Counted from the first letter of the stretch, positions 9,100 through 17,571 are shown. The stretch: 64,000 nt of DNA from Thermoanaerobaculia bacterium (GCA_039918595.1 JBDSHF010000028.1:5370-69369); one strand, 5' to 3'. The notes: generated by a model not told the origin, from the sequence alone. Numbers and translations are program-made.

Positions 9100-9732
9100 A
9101 TGAATAGCATGGCTAGTCCTGGTCGAAAGAAGGGAGTCCCGAAAGAGAAGCCGACGCTTTCGGCGGTAGAGCTTGCAAAGCAAAGCGGCGTACCGTACCG
9201 GCTGGTCGCCGAATACACCAAACGTTATGAGACGAGGGTGTCTCACATTGTCGATGGAATGCGGGTGAAGTATTTCCCCCGGGCGATTGCCGAGCTTCAG
9301 CAGTTGAGGCGGGAGGAGCGCGCTCGCCGGCAGGTCGCCGTAGAATTCACCGAGGCCGACGCCTACAACTCTGCGCTCGGGGCGATAACCATAGTAAGGC
9401 AGAGCATGAGCGATCTCACGAGCCGAGTGAATGAAGCAGAGAGGCTTCTTCGTGCGTACCGGCCGGTGGCCGCCGCGACTATCCACACCTTGCCGGAGGG
9501 GTACCGGCCACGGCTGCCGATCTCGGTTCTCTTGGAGCCTGAAGGCAAAGGGTTCATGGCATGCATTCCCGACGTTCGACTTGATGCAAGCGGCCGGACC
9601 CGGGAAGAAGCGGTTCAGGGACTACGGGGTCTCATTGTCACCACCATTGAGCGGCTGGAGAAGCGAGAGGCGCTCTCCGATGAAGAGGGAGAGCAACTGA
9701 ACGCGCTCCTAAGCCTTGTTGACACTCAATAG
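9100..9732 (+). CDS. Putative DNA-binding protein with C-terminal HicB-like (UPF0150/antitoxin-fold) domain
   Basis: The N-terminal LSAVELAKQSGVPYRLVAEY is HTH-like. The C-terminal EPEGKGFMACIPDVRLDASGRTREEAVQGLRGLIV matches the HicB/UPF0150 pattern. The start was chosen at the ATG with the AAAGGAA RBS. Confidence 0.45.
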   Translation: MNSMASPGRKKGVPKEKPTLSAVELAKQSGVPYRLVAEYTKRYETRVSHIVDGMRVKYFPRAIAELQQLRREERARRQVAVEFTEADAYNSALGAITIVRQSMSDLTSRVNEAERLLRAYRPVAAATIHTLPEGYRPRLPISVLLEPEGKGFMACIPDVRLDASGRTREEAVQGLRGLIVTTIERLEKREALSDEEGEQLNALLSLVDTQ

Positions 9733-9744
9733 GACGGGGCAAGG

Positions 9745-10074
9745 ATGTCCATCATAGTGACGGGCGAGCTTGGACTTGATCTTGATCTTATTCGCGACTC
9801 GCGCTATCGCATTGCCCGGCATGGAGGTCCCGAGCTGGTGCGGGAGTATTTCCGCCAGTGGGACGATGACCCCTCATCCGAAGCAACCTACCTTATTCTC
9901 TGGGGCAATGTGGAGACCGACCATCTAGCAAATCCCGAGAGGCTCAATCGGGCTTTGGCTTGTCTTGTACGGCAGCACGGCGGACGCATATTCATCCCTC
10001 GCAGAGAGTGGGAAAGGCAGAGCGCAAGCGTGTCAGTCCAAATACACGATGTAGGGACGAGCATTCTTGTTTAG
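9745..10074 (+). CDS. Hypothetical protein
   Basis: 109-aa ORF with typical coding composition. No motif recognised. Confidence 0.4.
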   Translation: MSIIVTGELGLDLDLIRDSRYRIARHGGPELVREYFRQWDDDPSSEATYLILWGNVETDHLANPERLNRALACLVRQHGGRIFIPRREWERQSASVSVQIHDVGTSILV

Positions 10075-10123
10075 CCAAAAAAAGCTCCCGATTCAGGATC
10101 GAGAGCTAAGAAAGGTGCAGTGA

Positions 10124-10294
10124 TTAGGTAAGCTGTGGTTCTTTCACGGTGAGCGTTAGTTTCCCATCCGTCACGGTGATATCAACGAGGCTTCCCTCGT
10201 CGAAACCTGCGCGCTCAAGCCACTTTCCGCGCAGACGGATCATAGGAACGGTGACGTTCCCTCGAAAGGTGTAGCTGACCGTCACCTTTCGCAT
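10124..10294 (-). CDS. SymE-like / AbrB-fold small protein (56 aa), missed by the ORF track
   Basis: My own translation: MRKVTVSYTFRGNVTVPMIRLRGKWLERAGFDEGSLVDITVTDGKLTLTVKEPQLT. The pattern xLRLxGKWLExAGFxxGxxVxV is the hallmark of SymE toxin-like domain proteins. Its ATG lies 3 nt after the TGA of the upstream gene. Confidence 0.5.
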   Translation of the reverse strand: MRKVTVSYTFRGNVTVPMIRLRGKWLERAGFDEGSLVDITVTDGKLTLTVKEPQLT

Positions 10295-10297
10295 CAG

Positions 10298-10657
10298 TCA
10301 CTCCTCGCGAGCTACACCCCGAAGCAACCCCATCTCCATCAGGATCTCCGAGAGGAGAGCCATGGCGTCGTCAAGGTCGGCGGGGTCTTGCAGGTCAGCG
10401 CTCCAGGCGCGAACCGTTCGTAGGGCGGCATCCGAGAGCGTCACACTCTGTCTGGTGATCGTGACGGGCTCGCTCCCTGCCTCCGCAGAGATGATGGTTG
10501 CCTGGGCGGTGACGTGAATCTCCCGAAGGTACTCCGGAAGGTCATCGGTTTTTTCGGTGAGAAGGAGCAGCTCTCCCAGAGCGAATCCCGCCGAAGAGGC
10601 GTAGCTTGAGAGAGCGAGGGCTGAGCGGTCGGGTCGGGCGGGTCGTGTCTCGTCCAT
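10298..10657 (-). CDS. Hypothetical protein, translationally coupled (TGATG overlap) to 10657-10941
   Basis: Internal start MDETRP at 10657. Stop/start overlap with the upstream gene. Confidence 0.45.
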   Translation of the reverse strand: MDETRPARPDRSALALSSYASSAGFALGELLLLTEKTDDLPEYLREIHVTAQATIISAEAGSEPVTITRQSVTLSDAALRTVRAWSADLQDPADLDDAMALLSEILMEMGLLRGVAREE

Positions 10658-10941
10658 CAGTAGTCCTCCGGCAGGAACAGACAGGTTACGGAGCGGTCGG
10701 ATTCGGTCGCGACCAGGAGCTTGGCGCCTTGCGAGGTGCGGTACGAGGAGATGAGGCGATCCCCGATGCCGAGGGCGAGCATGTTCGCCGCCGTATCGAC
10801 CGAGGAGATCTCGCCCCAATCTCCGGTGACGTGCCGCCCGAGGTAGAGGTGCGGGTCTTCGCCGCTCTCTTCGAGGACTGCGAGCGCGCCGGGGGTTGCC
10901 ACGACGCGGCCGAGATCGAAGAGCATCCTTGTCAGAGTCAT
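10657..10941 (-). CDS. Hypothetical small protein downstream of ArdC-like gene
   Basis: Start MTLTRM with an AGGAGG RBS. 95 aa. Conserved-looking WGEISSVDTAANMLALGIGDRLISSYRT segment. Function unknown. Confidence 0.45.
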   Translation of the reverse strand: MTLTRMLFDLGRVVATPGALAVLEESGEDPHLYLGRHVTGDWGEISSVDTAANMLALGIGDRLISSYRTSQGAKLLVATESDRSVTCLFLPEDY

Positions 10942-10976
10942 GGAGCCCTCCTTGGAGTGTCGGTTGGGATGTGGAG

Positions 10977-11804
10977 CTATGCGACTGCTTCTACGGGAGA
11001 GAGCTCGCTCGCGAGGTGCTCCGCCTCGTCGAGGAGTTGCGAAACGCAGCGGCACGTCCGCTCGAGGAGGTCGGTACAGACGGAGAGCACCTTGCGGTCG
11101 TGCTTCTCGCAGTAGCCTTCGATGTAGCGGTACGTGCCGCCCGGATCGCTCTTGTCGGAGTGCCCGAGGCACTCCAGGAGGATTGACGCCCCGAGCTGCG
11201 CCACCACTTCGGCTTCAATTCCTCGGCCGGCGTGCGTCCCGAGCCGATGGTCGGCTGCGTGGACCAGCTCGTGCGCCCAGACCAGGAGATTCTCAGTTGC
11301 AAGGCCGATCCCCAGGCCAGGGGCGTAGTACCCAAGGGCTGAAGGGTTGTCCTTGATGAAATAGGTCCCCACTGACAAACCCCAGGATCGGGCAACGGCA
11401 ATGAGGGGCAAGGCATCGATGAATTCCGGCTCGTCCTCTGCGCCAGGGAGAGGATCACCATACGTCTGGAGATAGCCGAAGACAGCGATGGGTTGGTAGC
11501 CGACCAGCACCATATGGTTCTCCTCGCTCCCGGCATCCTCGTCCTTCTTGAGCTTGGGTGCGAGGATGTGGAAGGAGCGCTCGCCTTTCTTCACATGTCG
11601 GCCGATTGCCTCCCATTGGCGAAACCCCGCCGCGTAGACGTGGCCCCGGAGAATTCCGACGGTTCGGTTTGTCCAGGTCCAGCGCTTCGAGGGAACGTCA
11701 ATGTTTCTCCGGATGAACACCTGGGCGAGCGCGGCCGGCAGTGTCCCGGTCTGGAAGGCGGAGAGGAGGTCGTTTGCGATGGCTTGGATTTTCTCGTTCA
11801 CCAT
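10977..11804 (-). CDS. ardC: ArdC-like anti-restriction protein (N-terminal ssDNA-binding DUF1738-like domain plus C-terminal HExxH zincin metalloprotease)
   Basis: N-terminal GFRQWEAIGRHVKKGERSFHILAP matches the ArdC_N pattern (W-x-T/A-x-x-Q-A-x-x-x-G-x-V-x-K-G-E). C-terminal HELVH zinc-binding motif. AGGAGG RBS. Confidence 0.7.
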   Translation of the reverse strand: MVNEKIQAIANDLLSAFQTGTLPAALAQVFIRRNIDVPSKRWTWTNRTVGILRGHVYAAGFRQWEAIGRHVKKGERSFHILAPKLKKDEDAGSEENHMVLVGYQPIAVFGYLQTYGDPLPGAEDEPEFIDALPLIAVARSWGLSVGTYFIKDNPSALGYYAPGLGIGLATENLLVWAHELVHAADHRLGTHAGRGIEAEVVAQLGASILLECLGHSDKSDPGGTYRYIEGYCEKHDRKVLSVCTDLLERTCRCVSQLLDEAEHLASELSPVEAVA

Positions 11805-11813
11805 AGCTGCCTC

Positions 11814-12062
11814 CTAGATCACGCCCGCGAGAATGAGGGCGCTTGCGACCGTTCCGACGTTGCACTCCTCGCACCATCCCGCGTCCTGGTCCGGCTCATA
11901 CTCAGCGGTGTAGTCGCAGCCATTATTCGTACAGATGCCGGGTACAGCACTATCCATGGCCGCGTTCTCCAGGAGTTCATCCGCGCTCATGCCCCAGGCA
12001 TCCGCCAGCTCTTCGAGCTTGCTCTTGCGAACGGCTCGATCAATTGTCCGTCGCTGGTACAT
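11814..12062 (-). CDS. Small Cys-rich (zinc-ribbon-like) protein
   Basis: C-x5-C ... C-x2-C arrangement (CTNNGC, CEEC) in 82 aa. Confidence 0.4.
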   Translation of the reverse strand: MYQRRTIDRAVRKSKLEELADAWGMSADELLENAAMDSAVPGICTNNGCDYTAEYEPDQDAGWCEECNVGTVASALILAGVI

Positions 12063-12065
12063 TCG

Positions 12066-12500
12066 TTATCTCCTTTCCTGTTGGGGTGAAGCCGTCGTTC
12101 TTGCCGCTCTGGTGTATTGCCGCATAAGCCGCTCGACTCGCTTGCGAAGGACACGGTCCCTCGCACAGAGCAGGTACGCCTCCTCTCGTTCGACGAGGAT
12201 ATCCTCGGGCGTGCGGGAAGGCTGCCAGAGCGCCTGTACGATGTCGAAGGTCTCTCCGAGATGCTGTGATCGTTTTTGCGCACCCTGCCTCCGCAGAAGA
12301 TCAATAGCAGCATTGACTGCGGCCCGTCGCACATACGGCAGGCAGTCGAGCATGCGGTCCGCGCGCGATCTCCAAAGATTCAGGAATGTGTCCTGTATCG
12401 CGTCCTCTACGCACTCCAGAGGAAGTTGCATGCCGAAGCGAGCGACTGTCGCAGCTACGCTTCCCCGCACGGCATTAAGGTGGTCAGGTGAGAGCGCCAT
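12066..12500 (-). CDS. Sigma-70 region-2-like small protein (possible MGE-encoded ECF-type sigma fragment/regulator)
   Basis: DAIQDTFLNLWRSRADRMLDCLPYVRRAAVNAAIDLLRRQ resembles sigma70 region 2. Likely start is MALSPDH. Confidence 0.35.
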   Translation of the reverse strand: MALSPDHLNAVRGSVAATVARFGMQLPLECVEDAIQDTFLNLWRSRADRMLDCLPYVRRAAVNAAIDLLRRQGAQKRSQHLGETFDIVQALWQPSRTPEDILVEREEAYLLCARDRVLRKRVERLMRQYTRAARTTASPQQERR

Positions 12501-12662
12501 AGTGCAGCGCTTTGCCTTCGGACGGATACACGTCCGCCTTCGAGTCTTCATGGACTCCTCCTTTCGGTGGTTGCAGCGATTAAAGGAACTTATCTGGATG
12601 TCAGACTAGAGGAGGGAGTGCGGCCCACGAAGACGCACGAACCTGCCGGAGAGGTAACGCAC

Positions 12663-12689
12663 AACACCCCGCTTCAATAGCGGGGTGTT
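12663..12689. other. Hairpin (aacaccccgc-ttcaatag-gcggggtgtt) just downstream of the recombinase stop; terminator or candidate att core
   Basis: 10-bp perfect stem seen directly. Not followed by a U-run on the recombinase strand. Confidence 0.3.
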
Positions 12690-12709
12690 AGCAGCAGGAG
12701 AGTGAACGA

Positions 12710-14326
12710 CTAATTTTCTCGCATCGTCCAAGGTACACTGACAGGTACGTTGGGATGCTCTGAAAGCCAATCGTAGATCTCTGCGATTGCGTGTCTCGAT
12801 CCAAGATGAGGACTGTTTGCCGCTTCCGGCAGATCTGTACCGCTTCGAGGGGTGTACCGAGTACGTCCACCTAGTTCTGTTTCGTCGCCTTTCATAAGCA
12901 GGCGAAAAGGAAACGACAGCTCAATAACAACGTTTTCTCGGCTAACGCACCGGTTCGAGGTGAGCATTTCGAGGAATTCACGTTTTTCCTCGTCATTTCC
13001 CATTTCATGGCTCAACGAGGCCGTAGAAGCAAGTTCGAGGATTTCCCGCAGCCGGGTAGCGGTTTCGTCTTGATTCGTTCCGCCTGAAAGCTTTTCCTCA
13101 AGCTCGCGCTCTTCCATGAGAAGCCGCTTCTTACGGGGCTCGAAGGTTTCCTTGTCGATACTTCCCTCAAGGAAGGCATCTACAAGCCTGTCATGGCGAG
13201 TCTGAAGCGCCGCGAGCTGGAGCTTCCATGTCTCCTGTATACGCTTGGTATTCTCTCCGCAGGTTTCAAGGAAGGCTGTCGCTTCCATCTCCAGGGCCGT
13301 GCGTTCCGAGTCGGACAGCTTGAGCGTTGCATACGCTCCCGTGACCGCGGCATCAAGCACTTCTTCCCGCACGCCGGTCAGAGGACAGGTCTTCGAGTGG
13401 CAGCGGTAGTAGACATGACTTTTTTGCAGCTCGGCGATGAGGGAATACCCGCACTCGGCGCACTTGAACATGCGACGGTAGCGGAAGAGATTGCGTTTGG
13501 CCTGCTTCTGGGTCTTGCCGGAGAGAACCGCCTGCACGCGGTCGAAGAGATGCTTTCCGATGAGCGGCTCGTGCACTCCCTTGTATACCTCCCTTCGCTT
13601 GTGAGCAATGAGCCCTATATAGAAGGGATTGTTGAGCATGGAAGAGAGACCGTTTTTGGTGACACGCCCGCCCTGTCGGTTGCGAAGCCCCATCCGTCGA
13701 AGCTCGGCACACAATGTCTCAAGGCTATGGGCGCCGGTTGCGTATAGCTCGAAGGCTCTGCGGACCATGGGTCCAGTGACCGGGTCAATCGTTTTGACCT
13801 TGCCACGCTGGCCGTTGTTGACGTAGCCCAAGGGCGCTCCCCACGGGAGGAGCCCCTGTTTCAGGCGCCCATCTATACCCTTCCGTACCTCCTCTTTAAG
13901 GTTGCGGATGTAGTCGGTCGCAAAGACCGCCTGCACGTCGGCCAAGAGCCGCTTGCCCCGGGTACTGAGGTCGAGATTGTCGCTTGCGAAGCGGACACCG
14001 AACCCCTCGTCGGCAAGGTCGTTAATGTTGGCCCAATCGTGGTAGTTGCGGCTGGAGCGGTCCACCTTGTGCACGATGAAGCCGTCGGCTTCACCCATCC
14101 GCAGGCGCTTCGCCATGGCGGTGAAAATGGGTCGGCCCTGCTTCGCTGCGGTCTCTACCTCGCGGAACCACTCGACGATGGTCAGCCCTTCACGTTCGGC
14201 ATAGCGGGCGATAACGCTCCGCTGTTCGGTGAAGGAGGCGCCTTCGCGTGAGTCCTTGCTTCCGGGATCTCTTTCGTCGTCTTGGCTTGGATCCGAGACA
14301 CGGATGTAGGCGAAGAATCGCTTCAT
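12710..14326 (-). CDS. Large serine recombinase (resolvase/invertase N-terminal domain + recombinase domain + zinc ribbon)
   Basis: N-terminal FAYIRVSDPSQ (catalytic Ser). Recombinase-domain motifs. CAECGYSL...YYRCHSKTCP zinc ribbon. 538 aa. Confidence 0.9.
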   Translation of the reverse strand: MKRFFAYIRVSDPSQDDERDPGSKDSREGASFTEQRSVIARYAEREGLTIVEWFREVETAAKQGRPIFTAMAKRLRMGEADGFIVHKVDRSSRNYHDWANINDLADEGFGVRFASDNLDLSTRGKRLLADVQAVFATDYIRNLKEEVRKGIDGRLKQGLLPWGAPLGYVNNGQRGKVKTIDPVTGPMVRRAFELYATGAHSLETLCAELRRMGLRNRQGGRVTKNGLSSMLNNPFYIGLIAHKRREVYKGVHEPLIGKHLFDRVQAVLSGKTQKQAKRNLFRYRRMFKCAECGYSLIAELQKSHVYYRCHSKTCPLTGVREEVLDAAVTGAYATLKLSDSERTALEMEATAFLETCGENTKRIQETWKLQLAALQTRHDRLVDAFLEGSIDKETFEPRKKRLLMEERELEEKLSGGTNQDETATRLREILELASTASLSHEMGNDEEKREFLEMLTSNRCVSRENVVIELSFPFRLLMKGDETELGGRTRYTPRSGTDLPEAANSPHLGSRHAIAEIYDWLSEHPNVPVSVPWTMREN

Positions 14327-14673
14327 ACGTCCGTGTCTTCTATTTGTCTTGTAAAGGTTCGACCGGAGTCCATGCTACCGGGGTAATTCGGCGCTGTCAA
14401 AGCGGCGAGGCGCTCGCGCTCGGCCGGATCGGAAGCAATGCGAGCGTGCAGGCGCAGGATAAAAGACAGGTAGCGGCGGAGCGCATGGCGCGCCTCTTCC
14501 GCTTCCTCCGGCGCAAGGTCGGGAAAGAGAGTTTCAGGTGTGGTTTGCGATTGCATCCGTCGAGCGTACAGGCGCGGTTCGGAGTGGAGAAGTCGCGCTT
14601 CTGTGCCGGAGTCGGCAGCATGGTGCGTATTTGAGGCGGGATATAAGGGCAGTACGCTCTCCCACATGACCAT
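14323..14673 (-). CDS. Hypothetical protein overlapping the recombinase start by 4 nt
   Basis: Stop/start overlap suggests coupling, but its start overlaps the divergent Toprim gene ATG. Uncertain. Confidence 0.3.
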   Translation of the reverse strand: MVMWESVLPLYPASNTHHAADSGTEARLLHSEPRLYARRMQSQTTPETLFPDLAPEEAEEARHALRRYLSFILRLHARIASDPAERERLAALTAPNYPGSMDSGRTFTRQIEDTDV

Positions 14674-15280
14674 ACAACTTTCACAAGCGGTGAAAAATCA
14701 CCGCAACCTGCCGCCGGATTTTTGGTTTGACTTAGAGAGCCAGGGCATCAGTGCGGCTGTCATTCACTCCCGCCTCATCGGGTGGGACGAGGAGCACGTG
14801 ACCATTCCGATCGTCTCGCGGGATCGGAAAGTTATCGGCTTCGAATATGCGACGTTTGATGAAAACGGCCGGCTGGTAACAATGCCGCAGGAAGGACCCG
14901 GACCATACCTCTATGGAGAGCCGGTCCTCAATGTCAACCCACAGGAGGTCGTTTTGACTGAGGGCGTAACGGAGTCCTTGATCCTCTCAAGCCACGGATT
15001 CAATGCGCTTTCGGCAACCGGCGACGGTCTTTCATTCCGCACCGAATGGGCGCCCGTCCTTCAGAAGGTCCCGAACGTCTTTCTCTGCTTCAAGCGCGCG
15101 AGCGAAAGCATTCAGGCGGCGCTCGGCATTCGCGAGCTGGTGCCGCACGTCCGGATCGTGACGCTTCCTCCCGAGGTCGGTCAGGGAGGCGGGCTCTACG
15201 AGTTCTTCGTGGAGCTTGAAGCGACGACGGAGGACTTTCGGCAGCTCCTCAAGCGAGCTGCCACTTCTTCCGATGCCTGA
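14666..15280 (+). CDS. Toprim-domain protein (primase-like catalytic core)
   Basis: VVLTEGVTESLILSSHGFNALSATGDG matches the Toprim E...G...D pattern of DnaG-type primases. Start chosen at MTIQLS. Confidence 0.55.
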   Translation: MTIQLSQAVKNHRNLPPDFWFDLESQGISAAVIHSRLIGWDEEHVTIPIVSRDRKVIGFEYATFDENGRLVTMPQEGPGPYLYGEPVLNVNPQEVVLTEGVTESLILSSHGFNALSATGDGLSFRTEWAPVLQKVPNVFLCFKRASESIQAALGIRELVPHVRIVTLPPEVGQGGGLYEFFVELEATTEDFRQLLKRAATSSDA

Positions 15281-16652
15281 TCCTCGCCCAGAGAAGAAGC
15301 AGTTCCGGCCGGTCGTGTCCTTGACCCTGCCTACCGGTGAAATGCTCGAAACGGTATTCGACCCCGCCGCTCCGGCGACGGGGTTTATTGTGTTCGATGG
15401 CAAGAAGTGGAGAAGCGAGCGAAAGGTGGAGCTTCCGGGAGGTGTGACCCTTGTCCCGTACTCGGCAGAGAACAACCTCATCACGCATCGCGTAGTCCTG
15501 TTTCCTTCCGCGCCAGAGGAATACGGCTCCGAGGAGGAGCTGTTCGCCGACGTGCGCTCCTTCATCCATCGCTACGTGGATCTCTCCGATGGCTTCGAGG
15601 AAGTTTCCACCGCATACGTGCTCTTCTCTTGGGTCTATGACGCCTTCAACGAGGTGCCGTACCTGCGCGTGCGCGGCGACTACGGCTCGGGCAAATCGCG
15701 CTTTCTCCTCACCGTGGGGTCCCTCTGCTACAAGCCGATCTTCGCCTCGGGCGCCTCGACGGTCTCTCCGATCTTCCGCATCCTCGACGCCGTGCAAGGG
15801 ACGCTTGTCGTGGATGAGGGAGACTTCCGGGCTTCGGACGAAAAGGCCGAAATCATCAAGATCTTGAACAACGGCAACGCCAAGGGCTTCCCGGTCCTCC
15901 GAAGCGAGCAGACACCCGCGAAGGAGTTCAACCCCCGGGCCTTTCACGTCTTCGGCCCTAAGCTCGTGGCGACGCGGAACCTCTTCGATGACCGGGCGCT
16001 TGAGAGCCGTTGCCTCTCCGAGGAGATGGGTACGCGGCCTCTGCGGCCCGACATCTCCATCAACCTGCCGGAAGCCTTCGAGGAAGAGGCCCGGACTCTC
16101 CGAAACAAGCTCCTCCTCTATCGGCTGCGGACACGGGCGAGCCGCCGGCCGCTTGCCGCTGCGCCTCCGGGGCTTGAGCCGCGCCTCTCGCAGATCCTCT
16201 TGCCGCTTCTCTCTACGGCACCCTCAGAGGAGACGCGAGCGCGCCTCCTCGCGCTTGCGAAACGCTCGGGAGAGGTCATCTCGACCGAGCGGGCCATGGC
16301 GATGGAGGCCGAGGTGCTCGCCATCCTCTACGAGCTGCGGGAGGAGAAGGTCCCGCTCGCGGTTATAGAGATCGCCCAGAGATTCGCGAAGCGCCACGCC
16401 GCCGAGTATGAGTACGCGGTGACGCCCCGCTGGATCGGATCGATTTTACGGAGGAAGCTCATGTTGAACCCCCAGAAGCGCGGGGGCACCTTCACCATCC
16501 CCGCATCCGAGTACCCGAAGCTCGCCCGCCTTTTCGAGAAATACAGCGTGGGGCGCCAGGACATCGGGGACATTGGGGATGTTCAACCGGGAGAGGAGCG
16601 CGATGGCACAAGCGCGGAATCACAAGAGTCCTCGGGCTCCGTGTCCCTGTAG
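15273..16652 (+). CDS. SF3-helicase-like P-loop NTPase (D5/P4-type primase-associated helicase)
   Basis: Walker A GDYGSGKSR, Walker B LVVDEGDF, and motif C KLVATRN (hhhT-x-N), with the spacing typical of SF3 helicases. The ATG overlaps the stop of the Toprim gene (ATGCCTGA). Confidence 0.55.
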   Translation: MPDPRPEKKQFRPVVSLTLPTGEMLETVFDPAAPATGFIVFDGKKWRSERKVELPGGVTLVPYSAENNLITHRVVLFPSAPEEYGSEEELFADVRSFIHRYVDLSDGFEEVSTAYVLFSWVYDAFNEVPYLRVRGDYGSGKSRFLLTVGSLCYKPIFASGASTVSPIFRILDAVQGTLVVDEGDFRASDEKAEIIKILNNGNAKGFPVLRSEQTPAKEFNPRAFHVFGPKLVATRNLFDDRALESRCLSEEMGTRPLRPDISINLPEAFEEEARTLRNKLLLYRLRTRASRRPLAAAPPGLEPRLSQILLPLLSTAPSEETRARLLALAKRSGEVISTERAMAMEAEVLAILYELREEKVPLAVIEIAQRFAKRHAAEYEYAVTPRWIGSILRRKLMLNPQKRGGTFTIPASEYPKLARLFEKYSVGRQDIGDIGDVQPGEERDGTSAESQESSGSVSL

Positions 16653-16684
16653 AACGTCCCCAACGTCCTGATATGCCCTTGGAA

Positions 16685-16716
16685 AACCTGCCGACCCCGG
16701 CAGGTTATTGCGTCTT
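16685..16716 (+). terminator. Putative intrinsic terminator after the helicase gene
   Basis: Hairpin aacctgccg-accc-cggcaggtt followed by a T-rich tract (attgcgtcttgtattt). Confidence 0.4.
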
Positions 16717-16720
16717 GTAT

Positions 16721-16735
16721 TTGACATACTGTCAA
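16721..16735. promoter_or_regulatory. Perfect palindromic operator TTGACA-TAC-TGTCAA upstream of the XRE regulator gene
   Basis: Perfect 6-bp inverted repeat with a 3-bp spacer, 14 nt upstream of the 16749 ATG. The left half doubles as a -35 consensus. Confidence 0.45.
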
Positions 16736-16748
16736 GTATATTGCTGCG

Positions 16749-17108
16749 GTGGCTATGACATTCATACCATTACAGAACTATCTCCGTACCTACCGCAGGC
16801 GCAGTTTTCTCTCGCAGGACGAGGTTGCTTTCCTTTTGGGCGCAAAGACCGGGACACGGGTCACCCGCCATGAGGGAGCTAACCGGATTCCGAAGATGGA
16901 GACGGCGCTTGGCTACGAAGTGCTGTTCGGCGTTCCCTTGCGCGAACTGTTCGCAAGCGAGGCGCACAAGGTCGAAACCATTATCAGACAGCGTGTGCCC
17001 GAGCTGATCCGGGAGGTCGAGGAGAAGGGCGAAAGCAGAGAGAAGCTTTCCTTTCTCCGAAGCCTTTCCGAACGGCTCGCAAAGCATCATGAGAACACTT
17101 GCAATTGA
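16749..17108 (+). CDS. XRE-family HTH regulator
   Basis: SQDEVAFLLGAKTGTRVTRHEGANRIPKMETALGYEVLFGVPLRELF is HTH_XRE-like. Confidence 0.65.
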   Translation: MAMTFIPLQNYLRTYRRRSFLSQDEVAFLLGAKTGTRVTRHEGANRIPKMETALGYEVLFGVPLRELFASEAHKVETIIRQRVPELIREVEEKGESREKLSFLRSLSERLAKHHENTCN

Positions 17109-17571
17109 CCCTACTACGTCCGGCTTCGGCTTCGTGGTCCTCGAAGGAAGCGAGCGCCTGGTTGATTGGGGCCTCGGGCGACTGGAAAAGCCCGAGGATA
17201 CCCTCTTCCTGAAGCGGATCGAAAAGCTTCTTGACCGCGCAGCACCGCAGCTCCTTGTCCTTGAGGACATGGAGGACTCGCGCCGCGGCAAGAGGGCTAT
17301 CGCCTGGACGCGGCTTGCACAGATGTGCGCTGCGAAGCGCGGCATCAGGGTGGAGAGAATCGGCCGCGCGGAAGTGTCAGAGCGCTTTGCTTCCTCGGGA
17401 AAGTCGAGATGGGAGGTCGGCCTTGCGATCTCGCGCTTCTTCCCGGAGCTCGCCCCGAGCCTTCCGAAGAAACGGCGTATCTGGGAGAGCGAGGACCGGC
17501 GCATGACGATCTTCACGGCCGCCTCCTTTGCCTTGACCTTCCTGCGTCGAGCGGATCGAAGTAGAGAGTAG
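17089..17571 (+). CDS. RuvC/YqgF-fold (RNase H-like) putative resolvase/nuclease
   Basis: LAIDPTTSGFGFVVLEG (catalytic Asp in a beta-strand) and LLVLEDMED resemble RuvC-like motifs. Overlaps the HTH gene by 20 nt. Confidence 0.4.
   Translation: MRTLAIDPTTSGFGFVVLEGSERLVDWGLGRLEKPEDTLFLKRIEKLLDRAAPQLLVLEDMEDSRRGKRAIAWTRLAQMCAAKRGIRVERIGRAEVSERFASSGKSRWEVGLAISRFFPELAPSLPKKRRIWESEDRRMTIFTAASFALTFLRRADRSRE

Noticed and set aside
13193-13747. 184-aa plus-strand ORF inside the recombinase gene
   Set aside because: It is antisense to a strongly supported serine recombinase and has no motifs, so it is a shadow ORF.
16721-16740. Reading TTGACA...TATATT as a complete sigma70 promoter
   Set aside because: The spacing between TTGACA and the nearest TATATT-like hexamer is only about 10-11 nt. 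The palindrome is better explained as an operator, though its left half may still serve as a -35 element for a downstream -10.
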